A stretch of 63,857 nucleotides of DNA, the filler included, from Paramecium tetraurelia (Eukaryota), in the NCBI GenBank assembly GCA_000165425.1. It is 7 parts of 5 records of this genome, joined end to end, with 100 filler letters (N's around TTAATTAATTAA, not from the genome) between each part and the next. Parts side by side here need not be neighbours in the genome. Positions count along the whole stretch, not along the records: positions 1 to 13,577 come from CT868092.1; 6 more parts are not named here. One strand, given 5' to 3'. The position numbers and the translations under genes are program-made. Below are positions 1-13,633 of this stretch, piece by piece (positions within the stretch are counted from its first letter, which is position 1; each line of letters begins with the position of its first letter). The notes beneath the pieces were generated by a model that made no database searches, was not told the origin of the DNA, and saw only the letters and a program-made list of their open reading frames with translations.

Positions 1-2339
1 AATAAATAGGTGAGCACTAGAAGTAGATAGCCAAGAATTACCTAGTAAAACTATTTTTAGCTGAGAATTCTCAATGTTTCATATTGAGATATTTTTTAAA
101 TTGGATACTTTATGGATTCATCGAAGGAAAGTACTTAAAATTTTGGCTAACTACTTAAATAAGAAGGTAAAAGAATATGTTCAATAGAATCACTCAATCG
201 ATTATAAGAAGTCTATTAATTAAGAGTGTGTAATTACTTCGACTTCCTGTTCTACTTATAATAGGCAGAATTTTATATCTGGTTAATCTGATGTATAAAT
301 GTTTGATGACATAGCAGAGAGCATGTAATTCTTTTGATTTTTTCAATAAATATTAATTAATCTAAGTAATTATTTTAAATGGTCAAATTAAAGTGAAGGA
401 GGATGTTCTAATAATTGATTAAAGATGGTTACATGTAGAATTTTCAAAATTCCTTATTGCAAATATACTGTGTTATAATTGTCAGAAAGATTTATCTATA
501 ACATGGAGATTATCTTCATCTTTTTATAATCAAAATATACAGTGAATGATAAATTCGATAAGTGATATATATTTTTAGGTAATTCAACAGATTTATTATC
601 AAATAATAAATTCTAAATAATTTTTCTTAATTGACAAATCATAGTTCGGATTTTTCTATTGTTATTTTAAAGGAGTAACAACTGAAAAGAACAAAGCCTA
701 TTTAATAGATTATATTTTGATTTAAAGATGAAAGCTCATTATTAAATCTTCAATTTGAGGTGTTAAATAAATGATTATGGTTTTTTGGATAATTAATAAA
801 ATTTCCATAATTCAAACTTGTAATTTTCTTAGTCTTATATATCTTCATAATTTAAGATTATTTAAAATATATCTAAAATTTTAGTTAGTAAATTGAGATT
901 TTGTTATCAATTATTATTTTCTCTATACTAAAATCTGGTTATTCAATAAAATTAATAACATTTTACTATGATCTACAGCGTCTTTGTTAATAGATAAGGT
1001 AGGCGATAAAAGAATTGCTTTACGAATTACAAAATAGTTAAAATAAGTTTTATCAAAGTCAACAGGATAAATCAATTTCTACAAGTCGTAGCGCTAGCCG
1101 CAAACAGACTGTAGTNNNNNNNNNNNNNNNNNNNNNNNNNNNNNNNNNNNNNNNNNNNNNNNNNNNNNNNNNNNNNNNNNNNNNNNNNNNNNNNNNNNNN
1201 NNNNNNNNNNNNNNNNNNNNNNNNNNNNNNNNNNNNNNNNNNNNNNNNNNNNNNNNNNNNNNNNNNNNNNNNNNNNNNNNNNNNNNNNNNNNNNNNNNNN
1301 NNNNNNNNNNNNNNNNNNNNNNNNNNNNNNNNNNNNNNNNNNNNNNNNNNNNNNNNNNNNNNNNNNNNNNNNNNNNNNNNNNNNNNNNNNNNNNNNNNNN
1401 NNNNNNNNNNNNNNNNNNNNNNNNNNNNNNNNNNNNNNNNNNNNNNNNNNNNNNNNNNNNNNNNNNNNNNNNNNNNNNNNNNNNNNNNNNNNNNNNNNNN
1501 NNNNNNNNNNNNNNNNNNNNNNNNNNNNNNNNNNNNNNNNNNNNNNNNNNNNNNNNNNNNNNNNNNNNNNNNNNNNNNNNNNNNNNNNNNNNNNNNNNNN
1601 NNNNNNNNNNNNNNNNNNNNNNNNNNNNNNNNNNNNNNNNNNNNNNNNNNNNNNNNNNNNNNNNNNNNNNNNNNNNNNNNNNNNNNNNNNNNNNNNNNNN
1701 NNNNNNNNNNNNNNNNNNNNNNNNNNNNNNNNNNNNNNNNNNNNNNNNNNNNNNNNNNNNNNNNNNNNNNNNNNNNNNNNNNNNNNNNNNNNNNNNNNNN
1801 NNNNNNNNNNNNNNNNNNNNNNNNNNNNNNNNNNNNNNNNNNNNNNNNNNNNNNNNNNNNNNNNNNNNNNNNNNTAAAGTTATAAAATTTATGCATAGAA
1901 ATAAAATTGTTCATAGTGCAAATGTTTTTCAAATGTGATTCCTAAATTGATGATCAACAATGGGTATAATGATGGCATAATTATTGAAGTTAATATGAAG
2001 TAATAGAAGTGATACTGATACATTAAAGAATTATATCAATGTGCTCTACTTCATTCAGCAAGTAAATAAAGAGATAGATTTACATTTTTTATGATTATGA
2101 GCATGATAAAAATTTATTTCAATTATGAGCTAGATTTAAATGTTGTATAACCTATTGAACAAAGTAATTTCAAAAATCTCAGATGATTTTTAACATAAAT
2201 AATAATTTAATCTTTTCATATTTTAAGCGCTAGTTTATTATATATGGTATTTAAGTTGATATTATAGAATATTTTATAAGTTATATATTTTCTTAAATGA
2301 TATAATATATTATTATTAAATTAATAATTTCGCAAAGAG

Positions 2340-3733
2340 AAAGATTTATAAATTATGAAATAAGTTTGCAGACTTAATTTTAACAGATGCTTTATTCAGA
2401 ATCCTTTATGTAGTTATTTAATTTGCAATAACTTTTATTAAACTATAAAACCAATCAAAAATAGAATTATGATTGTAACAAAAAGAATAAAAAGCAATTC
2501 ATCTCATTGAAATCAATTAAGTATAAAAGGTATCTCAAAAATTATTTTATGATTTTCCTTAATCTTTAATTAAGTATTATTCAATAAATCAATACATTTG
2601 CCTTTATTATACAATTAAATAATAACCTCAACATTCAAGATATTTAGGGAAACTACAGACTAATTTGTAAAACAGTAATAATCCTTGATTAACTCACTAA
2701 TAACATAGAATGTTTGTTCTTTATATTTGATAAAACTCTATTTTATAGTAATTGAATTTCTGTGTTAAAGCTTACATATAAACAATGCTGCTTATTATAA
2801 GCTCCATATTTTTCTTTATAACTCATTAAATGAATTAATTGAATGTTGTCAACTACTTGCCTTATATTTAAATGTTTTCTTTTTTTAATGATTAAAGTTA
2901 TTTTTATTTATTATTTGCATCCCTACTTTTTATAGATACAATAACAAGGTTTTAAGTTATTAAATCAATTTTGCTTAAGGAACATACAATCTAATTTAAT
3001 ATGGTAATTTTATTTTTGTCTTTAAATTCAATATGACCTTATAATCTATTTTCATAAATCTATAAATTAAAAATTTCAAAGTAGGCTTCTAAGTTGTATG
3101 GAAATTCATCATTGTGAAATTTCATAAATGACAATTATTAAAGAAGATTAAGGAGATTCCATAAAATCTCCAAATTTCCACACAATAAAGAAATTCCACT
3201 AATTAATGGAATATAATACAGTCTTACTCAGCATGGAAGTTCTAGAAATTAGTGACATTTGATCAACTGAAATCTTCTAAGGTGACCTAAAGTGCAATTT
3301 TAATTCTTTTGAGAGCAAAGTGTTCCCAAGTTATTTTCTACGTTGTCATTATTAACTCTAACTTTAAAACAGACTCTTTAACATTGGTTTCAAATTGAAT
3401 ATTATTTTATAGGCAACATCTGCCAATTCACTAGTCATAGATATCATCGATTTGATTTCAATATCATATTAATTATCTGTGGCATTTATTATTTCAATAA
3501 TAATCAACTATAGAAATTGCTCTTCGCTTATCCCTTTTTCGTTAAGCGCACAGGTTCAGAAATAATAATTTGTTTCTATTTTAATGAGCTTATTCAATTT
3601 AATTTTAGGTCGAATTAAATAGGAGCAAAAATAATATTATTTTCTATTGAGCATTTCAAATCATTCTCAACCTTTCGAAAATCACTGCATACATGATAAT
3701 TTTATTACTCACCGAGTTTCTCCCTGGCCCCTA
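2340..3733 (-). pseudogene. Frameshifted C-terminal part (Ig-like linker plus multi-TM region) of a Cys-rich surface protein; paralog of the gene at 26315-32815; 5' part lost in gap
   Basis: Reverse-strand translation (code 6) gives ISEEQFLQLIII..NQYDIEIK and GNLEILWNLLNLLQQLSFMKFHNDEFPYNLEAYFEIF, matching ISEEQFLQMIIV..NQYDVEIK and GNLEIIWYLLDMLQQLSYMKFYNLQFPENLQIYFEIF at 31320-31790. Several frame changes are needed. The 3' end is approximate. Confidence 0.7.
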
Positions 3734-4569
3734 NNNNNNNNNNNNNNNNNNNNNNNNNNNNNNNNNNNNNNNNNNNNNNNNNNNNNNNNNNNNNNNNNNN
3801 NNNNNNNNNNNNNNNNNNNNNNNNNNNNNNNNNNNNNNNNNNNNNNNNNNNNNNNNNNNNNNNNNNNNNNNNNNNNNNNNNNNNNNNNNNNNNNNNNNNN
3901 NNNNNNNNNNNNNNNNNNNNNNNNNNNNNNNNNNNNNNNNNNNNNNNNNNNNNNNNNNNNNNNNNNNNNNNNNNNNNNNNNNNNNNNNNNNNNNNNNNNN
4001 NNNNNNNNNNNNNNNNNNNNNNNNNNNNNNNNNNNNNNNNNNNNNNNNNNNNNNNNNNNNNNNNNNNNNNNNNNNNNNNNNNNNNNNNNNNNNNNNNNNN
4101 NNNNNNNNNNNNNNNNNNNNNNNNNNNNNNNNNNNNNNNNNNNNNNNNNNNNNNNNNNNNNNNNNNNNNNNNNNNNNNNNNNNNNNNNNNNNNNNNNNNN
4201 NNNNNNNNNNNNNNNNNNNNNNNNNNNNNNNNNNNNNNNNNNNNNNNNNNNNNNNNNNNNNNNNNNNNNNNNNNNNNNNNNNNNNNNNNNNNNNNNNNNN
4301 NNNNNNNNNNNNNNNNNNNNNNNNNNNNNNNNNNNNNNNNNNNNNNNNNNNNNNNNNNNNNNNNNNNNNNNNNNNNNNNNNNNNNNNNNNNNNNNNNNNN
4401 NNNNNNNNNNNNNNNNNNNNNNNNNNNNNNNNNNNNNNNNNNNNNNNNNNNNNNNNNNNNNNNNNNNNNNNNNNNNNNNNNNNNNNNNNNNNNNNNNNNN
4501 NNNNNNNNNNNNNNNNNNNNNNNNNNNNNNNNNNNNNNNNNNNNNNNNNNNNNNNNNNNNNNNNNNNNA

Positions 4570-5750
4570 GATTCTTCATACAAGGAGAGCAACTGATATG
4601 ATCTCGTAGGTTTTAGTATAACGCCTTTCATCATTCCAACTAAATTGATTTAGATTAATATCAGATCTACATCCATCCATTCTAGTTACATCTTCTAATG
4701 AGAAGGTAAGGTCCGTTCTTATTCAAACTTCCAATTCATAACACTTTTATGAGCATTTTTATTGAATCCAATATACGAGAGTGACTTTAGCAATAAATGA
4801 TTCTTACTTGCTGCAAATGACGCAAGGGAAGGAACAAACTTAGCATGTATTATGTACATTGAGACAGAACCAATAAGATGATTCAACTACTATATGTTGT
4901 GATATCGACTACGAGAGCTTATGAAGATGAACATATAGTGCAAGCACTAGGATCTGGTAAGGTTCCTTAATATATAACCAGAGATGCTTAGGGACGATCG
5001 CTGATACAGACGCTTTGTATTCACGAGTTTAAGAGGAGTTTTTCTTGGGAATACATTTGACAGTGATAGAATATTATCAGAGTCATTCAGGATGAGATGT
5101 GAATCGTAGACATCATTCATCAATTACTGCGAACTCTACATGAATTGTCCAAGGAGAGATGAGGATATCCACAATATTTGCTGCTAAGCATATTGTATTG
5201 ATAAAGTCTTTCTATTTGTTTAACATCTTCAAAGCTTATTAAGTGAAAAAGATTCTCCAACTTCACAGCTTCAGATGCACTTGATATTAATTGACACCAT
5301 GTTTCAGGCTCTATGAGATTAATCAATTGAGACTGTTTTACTTTGTACTTAATCATTCCACTGTGATTTATAATACTAATGAGCTCCATCCTAATATTCT
5401 TTTGAGTTTATGCTCCAGATGTACTCTTAAATGACATTTATATTAAAAGTCCTTACTCTATATTGCTAAATGTCATAGGGTTAATTTTTAGTTCACCAGT
5501 TTACATTGATGTTTCAAGTAACCGAATAATACTTCGTAATGATTGTCTTCCTTCGTTATGACACAATACTTATACTCTAAATGACTTTCTCTTTCAGTTC
5601 TAGAAGTGCCTGAACTTGTTTATACCTCTCTTAATAGCTTGTAGTCTTAATTTCCATCTTCCAGTTTTCTCAGTGAGTATATGAACTGTCTTAATTGATA
5701 CCATAGATAGCCACAGAAAAGCAAATGTTGATAAAGGCTAATATTTTGCT
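4570..5750 (-). pseudogene. Decayed intronless ORF, candidate fragment of a negative-strand RNA virus L protein N-terminal region (putative endogenous viral element)
   Basis: Visibly more G/C-rich than the flanks, with no tiny introns. Translation includes ...SLRSIIRLLETSMQTGEL..., then about 100 aa later MLSSKYCGYPHLSLDNS (GYP at 5170-5162), then ISGYILRN and LEWMDVDL in a shifted frame. This order resembles L-protein conserved region I (IK.LE / GHP / GY..WP / W). Recognised by eye only. Confidence 0.35.
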
Positions 5751-6239
5751 TAGCAATCTAATCTTATTACAAATCTAATTGCATGGTTAGCATAAATTGG
5801 AATTAACCATATAGAAACATCATAGATATTCTAAGGAAGTGCCACCATTTATTGTATCAAGAATAAAAACTTATTGTACTACTACAATTTCGAAGCAAAG
5901 TTTACAATCCAAGTTGAAAACTATTTTGTTGTTGAGGATTATATTCTGTTAGGTAACGTTAATAATAATGTACATCCTCTTATTTTACCAACAGAACTAG
6001 TAAAGGTTGCTTGAGCATAAATTTACATTCTCCAAATAATTCTTAAGGTTTTTGAGATGGAGAAATCATTAAACTAATATTTCGGTAAAAATAAAAGTCT
6101 TTTATGATTTCCTTTCGTAAACATTCCTTCAAATTTACTTTCAAAATATTTACAATCTTCTTTTACTAGAAGTAAGTTTAAGAATAAACTTACAGACTTT
6201 TATTGAAGGTCCTCATTTTGAAAAATCAAAATATTCATT

Positions 6240-6420
6240 ATAGAACAATTTCTAAGATATTTGTGATGCATTTGTATTCTTTCTGAACATAAAGAATTAT
6301 GGATTGATAAATTGACATTGCCTTTACAATTTCTCATCACCACATTTATATCCACTCACCCTATTTTTATACATTGTACTTTTCTTTGCATTTATGATGA
6401 CTATTGATCTCAATACTCCA
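6240..6420 (-). mobile_element. Possible FLYWCH-like zinc-finger remnant (accessory ORF type of Paramecium IS630-Tc1-mariner elements)
   Basis: With one frameshift it reads YKCGDE-CKGNVNLSIHNSLCSERIQMHH (a C-x-C...H pattern). Short and degraded. Confidence 0.2.
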
Positions 6421-9139
6421 AGTCACTTTTCCAGTATAAGTAATCAAGAATAACGATGTGGAAAAGATTCGCAAGGCTTTTAAATATTAATAGGTTCAAC
6501 AATAGAGTAGGAACTTAAGCTAAAAATAATGAATTTGTCATAATTTTACAAAGGATTTAGTTGTTTTTAGCCTTTCTTAAATTTCAATTTTAGAATTAGA
6601 ATTAATAACTATTGAGTTGCAGTTTTTGATTTTACCAACTTCTCAACTCTTAATTTGAATCTAGAAAGTCATTTGCAGATAATATATAATGTATTCCCCT
6701 CTTACCATAAAAGTTTAGTATTTTTAATTAGTTTGAAATTCTCAGAATTATATTGTTTCCCTTATAAAATAAATTTATATTTCATTATATTGTTTCCTCT
6801 CACAAAGATAATTATGTGGGTTCAATTTTTGATAAAAGAAGATTATTTCATTATAAGAATAAAAAATAAATTGGAGATTGAATTTAGTCCTTAAAATATG
6901 ATGATATGAAATATTTGCTTAAATTAATAAATTCTCTTATATGAAATTACAATTAAAAAGGATACTTTCTTAATTGAGTTTGAATTTAAAACTATATATA
7001 GTTGTACCTATCTCTAATCCCATTATATTTTTAATTATTTATTCAGATTCCTTAACATTTATTTAGTTAAACATAAGCCTTTTTTCTGATTGGACTCTTA
7101 CATTTTCTTTAAAAGTAATAGCTCCGTTTATAGCAATTTAACTATCAAAGAGAATTTTCTTAAGATTACTTTGATAAAGGCTTTTAATATTCAAATTTCC
7201 TACTTATTGCTTTTAATCCACTCAAAACGGTATTTAAAAAGAGAAAATATTATTTTGTTGCTAATTTAGTTGTTAAAAAATTTTTTTAATAATCTTTTTA
7301 ACCCTTTTCAGGATACTAATTTGGATGAATTCATAATGTGGTAAAAAATCATTATTTAATTTTAAGTTGTGAGGTCAGTTAGGGAGATTCTGTTTTGTAA
7401 AAGTCTAACCGCTTAAATGTAAAAATTCTTAAAAGCATTTTGAAATTATGATAATGACTAGAACTAAATGCTAGACCTCATTTCAGAAGACGGCTTTAGT
7501 TTCTTCTCTATTTCTGTTGCATCCTCTCTTTCGCTGAGATTTCAAACTACTTTTTAATTGTAGAAGCAGTTACGTTTCTTAGTTAATTGGTATTTATTTT
7601 CTAATGAAATTTCTATAAATTAGAATAATCTTACTTAGGCTTTAAATTAACTTTATCCAACTCTAAATGTTTCTATTGAGAATCAAAACCTGTTAGATTC
7701 AAAAGCAAATTTTTGAGCAAAGTTAAATCAAAAATGAAACTGCATACAATTTGCCATTGCTATAGGCGAAATTTAATAAGAGTTAATTGGACCTCTTATA
7801 TCTTGATTTTATTTAATAATCAATTTAATACAAATGTCCGGCTATGATCACTGAGAGTTTTTTTTTTGTAGGATAACAACAACTAAATCATATGATGATG
7901 AAAGAAGGTAATTATTCTCTCACTACTCTTCTGAAAGGTTTAACTTCAAATGAACAGTTAGAGGCTGCATAATTAGTGCAAGCAGCCATCATTTAGGCTT
8001 GAATTATAATGAAAAGTGAGTACTGTTGATGAAAACTTTACATAAAATTAAGAACCTATTCCAATCTTTTAACGAATAAATTAGATTTATTCAAATCAAT
8101 TTTTCAGTATGGATTTAAACTCTTAGAGTTATTAATAGCTATATATATTTTAAATTCTCTTATAAACTATATTACATTATATCACTTTTGCGTGTATTTT
8201 GTTAATTTAGAAGTATGATATTTTGATTTCCTTAAGTTGATAAAAGTTAACACTTTTTTGATATTGCAAAACTCAAGATGGGCTAAGAAGGAGGTACATC
8301 TTTTTATAAAGTACATACCTTTTATCTAATGCTAGTCCTTCATGTTCTTTTAAGTAAAATAAATGTGATGTGTGACAAATCTTAATATTCTATGCCTTAT
8401 TTGCTAACTAAAAAGTATCGCTTTGTATCCTTTTTAACTTTATAAAATTCAATTTCTAAGGTTTGATATATATTTATTTTGTATCAATTGAAACATTTTA
8501 ATACAGATATATTATTATATTAATTATACTTAAGAAAACAGAGTTTTTTAAAGGAATTATTTTGGCATTATTGGATTTATCCAATTCACCTCTAAAGATA
8601 TAATTGAAAGGAATAAAAATTCTTTATAATAAGTATCAACTTAAAATTAAATATATTAGAAGAAATGATGAAACAATCGAGTATAATATTTAGACATAAA
8701 CTCAAATTTAGATTATTTTCTTTTCTTTATTAGTGCTTTTATCAGAACTATAATAAATTAGTTTGAAAATAACTGTATATATAACTCTTTCCGTTATTTT
8801 ACTCTAAGAATTACATCCACATATTTTGAATTCATANNNNNNNNNNNNNNNNNNNNNNNNNNNNNNNNNNNNNNNNNNNNNNNNNNNNNNNNNNNNNNNN
8901 NNNNNNNNNNNNNNNNNNNNNNNNNNNNNNNNNNNNNNNNNNNNNNNNNNNNNNNNNNNNNNNNNNNNNNNNNNNNNNNNNNNNNNTCAATTCAGTTGAC
9001 TCAAAAAAAATTTTTTTGAATTAGAATCGTCTTATTTAAATACAAACTAGTTTTTTAAAATGGTAGTGTTAAAGGATCACTGAATGAATCTAAGGGCTTA
9101 AATTGTGAAATTCTGAGAAGCCTTATTTATCAAGTTTTT

Positions 9140-9520
9140 TGAGACAATCTTTATTGTACTTTGGGTTTAATAATCTTAAATAAATTCTGAACTCATTGTT
9201 CCATCCTATCATAACTAATCAAACAACAAAGGTTTATATAACGATATCATAAATTTGAATATTTTTTCCTTAAATAAGATAAGAGCCTGAAGTATTTTAA
9301 ATAATTGATCGAGGTTCATACTCAGTTTTTATAAGGCAAATTCTACTTAAGAAATTAAACCAGAAAATAGCATCTTGAATTCGAAGATGTGACTTGATTT
9401 ATTTTATTGTTCCTAATATGCAAAGTAAATTTATTAAAAGCCTAATTAATGTTTGATCTCATCTGGCTGCCATATTCTCCTATATTAACTTCTTTTTAAA
9501 AATTTGAGAATCTTCAAATG
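9140..9520 (+). mobile_element. Possible decayed IS630-Tc1-mariner DDE transposase remnant
   Basis: WLPYSPIL at about 9464-9490 resembles the PYSP(D/E)LNPIE motif. An upstream YFGFNN at about 9155-9175 weakly resembles DE.GFN. No continuous ORF. Confidence 0.3.
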
Positions 9521-11399
9521 ATTAGTTAAAGTGATATTTTAAGTATAAAAGATTTGCATTAAATTTAAAAAATTTTAGGGAACATTAGGCAATAGTTTTC
9601 CTATTAATTCCACAATCGAAAAAGTGATTCTTTTACAAAGTAGTTAATAAATTATCATAATATGAATTATATATTAAATCAATACTTTTTTCCTCTTTTC
9701 TATATGCTATTTTGCTAATAATAGAATTAATTAACTAATTAACTAAATAAAATTCGAATTGGGAGAAGTACATATTAAAATACGATTTTCTTTTTAGTTC
9801 TTAATTATTAATAAAAATAAAGGATTATATTATAAATTATTGTCTGCAGAAGTAATTCTTTATAAAATGAAGACGGGCTTCTTATTTGATCGCTTGAGAT
9901 TTAACTTTTCTAAAATATATCCATAAATGAAAACAAATAAATGATTACTAAAGAAAAATTTTATAAATTGTATTTTATGTTAAACCAATTTACTTATATC
10001 TAAATGACTAAATCAGTCAGAGAGCCACCAGGCATATTAATTAATTTATGCTGGATACCATTTGATTTGGAATATTAACTTTGACTATTCCTTACACTCT
10101 TTAAACCTACAACACTACTGTCTNNNNNNNNNNNNNNNNNNNNNNNNNNNNNNNNNNNNNNNNNNNNNNNNNNNNNNNNNNNNNNNNNNNNNNNNNNNNN
10201 NNNNNNNNNNNNNNNNNNNNNNNNNNNNNNNNNNNNNNNNNNNNNNNNNNNNNNNNNNNNNNNNNNNNNNNNNNNNNNNNNNNNNNNNNNNNNNNNNNNN
10301 NNNNNNNNNNNNNNNNNNNNNNNNNNNNNNNNNNNNNNNNNNNNNNNNNNNNNNNNNNNNNNNNNNNNNNNNNNNNNNNNNNNNNNNNNNNNNNNNNNNN
10401 NNNNNNNNNNNNNNNNNNNNNNNNNNNNNNNNNNNNNNNNNNNNNNNNNNNNNNNNNNNNNNNNNNNNNNNNNNNNNNNNNNNNNNNNNNNNNNNNNNNN
10501 NNNNNNNNNNNNNNNNNNNNNNNNNNNNNNNNNNNNNNNNNNNNNNNNNNNNNNNNNNNNNNNNNNNNNNNNNNNNNNNNNTCTCTTAATGGACTAGAAT
10601 TGATCCCAATAAAAGTAATTTATTTTGGATTTGAAACTATTGCTCCGTTAGATTCAGATGCTACATCCTTGTATTAACTTCGAAGCATTGATTTTATTTT
10701 TAATGTTTATTTATTCAAATATTTGCAATTTTGATTTGTAAACACTAATAATAAGCAATTCAAGAAAAGTAGAATCTGATTTATGTATAGATGTAAAATA
10801 TTTAAATTGTTTATTTCAAAAACAAGGAAAAAACATTTTATTATATTATATTTGAACTTTTTGATAAATTATAATGACGAGTATTAAAAACCTTCATTTT
10901 AAATCATAATTTTTTGGGCAGTAGATTTATGATAATATTCATAATATAAAAGGTTACTTTTCCACTAAGTTGAACCATTTATATTTATTATTATACTTTA
11001 ATTCATTAATAATAATAATTATATTTATATATTCTTCAAATAATTCACCATTTAAAATTTCAGAGATATCTTTAATTGTTTAATATTTTTTATAATCTAA
11101 ATTATTAAAGATGATTTCACCTAATAAATAATTTTAAAATATTTACTCTATTAAATTTTAATCAAATTTAAAAATAAAGAATGATCTTGAACATATAATA
11201 CTCATTATGAGTAGAGCTTTGCCCTAATTCATATTATTTATAAAAGGTTTATTTGGTTGAATATCCAGCTAATAAATAATATTTGATTATATTAATTCAA
11301 TTACTTAGTTGTAAAGAATAATTTAATTGAACTTTATTTTTCAAACCCATACATTCCTTTATGAATAGAAGCATTAAATATGTCGTTTTGGAATTCCAA

Positions 11400-13577
11400 G
11401 TTTAATTGGTAAACCTATATCAGACTACTTAAAATAACCCTCACTTTTGTTTTAAGTTTAAATTGATAACTATAGATTATAAGAATTTATTGAATAATGA
11501 AAAGAATTATTTTGAATATATTTTGCCACCTATAGTCCACTAGTCATCAGCAGGTTTTTCTTTCTATCAAATCCTTAAATCTATGTTTTTTCAAAGGAAC
11601 TAAAGTTAACTACAAGTAGTTATACTTTCTGGATCATATATTATTACTCTACTCCCAAAGTAATTGCTTATTAATCTGCAACCCTTTTTTTATTTGACAT
11701 TGTTGACCACTATGCTTCTTTAAAAAACTCATACACAATTTTTATCCGAATTTTGAAGAGCCAAGGAGGTATGCAGAGTTTGAGAGATTATCTGATTTTT
11801 AAGAAGAATCATTTCTAGGACTACATAAGCATCTTATATAAATTCTTAGGATAGGATGAATCAATTTTATGAATTTATTTTTGTTTTTAAGAATTCAGGT
11901 GTATAAATTACAAATAGAAATACTTAATGGCTGATAATTTTTGGAATCAAATATAATTTTAAATAGGAAACTATATTCTTCCTTTATCAAATGAGCGAAA
12001 AGTTGTTTTCTAATCTATATAATTGAGTTTTATTATTAGTACTAGGGGCTATTTATCAGAAGACTTCAACTTAGTAAATAAACTCAGATAAAATAATCAA
12101 TGAAAACAGAAATCCGATATGGAACTTAGAATCGAATAAAATGAAATAGAGTTCGTTTAATAAGGAATACTATGATTACTAAATTAAAATTTATAATCTA
12201 AAATCTAAAGTGTTTTATTAATTGGTTTTCTAGCTGAACATGCTACCTTTAGGTAGTAAACTTAAATCTTTCCTCGATATTTGAGAAAAGAAAGTCTCAT
12301 ATAAATAATAGATAGGATTAAACAAAAGATTTCTAATAAATATACATTAGAGCCTATTCCTAATAACCTATAATTGAATGGATAAACATTTATGTACAAT
12401 TAAGAAACCAAGGTGTAATTTGATCAATACTAATTTTAATAAAACCTAAGTAATTTTAGTTTATTGCCCATGCTTATGTTGATGTTTACTACCTAAGATA
12501 TAAGATCTAGAGACAAAAATGCAAAATAGCTAGTTTTAATAAAATATTAATTGTATTTTCTTTATTAAATTATCAATTAGCAATTCATCGAAAGGTAGTA
12601 AAAGGATTCAAAAATAGTTTTTGAATACAAGTAATAATTTTGAGAAATTAATGAAGCATAACTTATTAAATTATTGCACGCTTGAAAATTAAGAAATTCA
12701 GATTAAGGATACCTTATATATGACGTGTAAGATTTTCACACATATTTAGATTCTAATAATGAGTAAGGTTATTTGGCATCCATTAAAAAGTTTACTAAGA
12801 TTTTTTAATATTGTAATAATGGAACTTTTTTGTGATTTGTTGATACATAATTTTTTTGCAAATAGTATTGATTAAATAAAATCAATATTATTATGAAATA
12901 GTTATCAATATCATCATAAAATTTATAAACATTCCTCAATAGCGTCTCCTGTCCCAACACATGTCCTCATTTTTTAGACGTTTGTGTATACCTTAACAAT
13001 AATTGTCTCGCCTTATCGATTCTTCATAACCTCATTTTTAATTTAATCAAAGCGAAATTTTAGATTTTGATATTTATATGCAAATATCTTTTATAGGAAT
13101 ACTGTAAAATGATTAATTAATTTATATTAGATAATTAAATAAGATAATTATTATTTCTAACAATTCAGATGAAAAACTCATCGAATAAGTCTACAAACAT
13201 CTTAACGAATAATATGTATAAATTCTATATGAGCAGCCCTTCCTATCAATTTATCCAATTTTCTAAATATATTTATGATATATGCTTTTTGTATTAAAAA
13301 ATCAAATCTAATCTATATATCCATTTGCATTTGGATTATATATTTGAAACCATTTGATTGTAAAATGGATTCTTTGGATCATTTGGTTTCCTCAATGCTT
13401 TAATTAAGACCTACTGAATAGTAACATAAAATCTTGATAAGATGCTAGAATAACCACGTTATTAAACTAATCTAATCCCCCTCAAACATGCTTAACTAAT
13501 AAAAGTAGGATTAACCTATATTCTTATTATCCTTTAACCCAACTGTTAAAAAATTTTGCATTTTCTATCATTTCTCT
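11400..13577 (+). pseudogene. Degraded or fragmentary hypothetical protein gene(s)
   Basis: Code-6 open stretches (e.g. SDKIINENRNPIWNLES at about 12085-12135, C2-like NP.WN) and intron-like GT..TAG segments, interrupted by TGA codons and frameshifts. Boundaries are approximate. Confidence 0.25.
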
Positions 13578-13621
13578 NNNNNNNNNNNNNNNNNNNNNNN
13601 NNNNNNNNNNNNNNNNNNNNN

Positions 13622-13633
13622 TTAATTAATTAA
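13622..13633. other. Artificial scaffold linker TTAATTAATTAA within N runs (also at 34703-34714, 55112-55123, 58252-58263, 59424-59435, 62742-62753)
   Basis: An identical 12-mer (stops in all six standard-code frames) is centred in equal N runs six times. Confidence 0.95.

Noticed and set aside
1875..2190. KVIKFMHRNKIVH resembling protein kinase subdomain VI
   Set aside because: There is no HRD/DFG continuation and a TGA follows shortly; too little to call.
1072..4634. Long ORF-track entries full of X (also 10062-10589, 25709-26422, 48917-49351, 53581-53805)
   Set aside because: They simply read through N gaps.
13622..13633. Recurrent palindromic TTAATTAATTAA as a biological repeat or IES boundary
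   Set aside because: It is always centred in fixed-length N runs, so it is an assembly linker.
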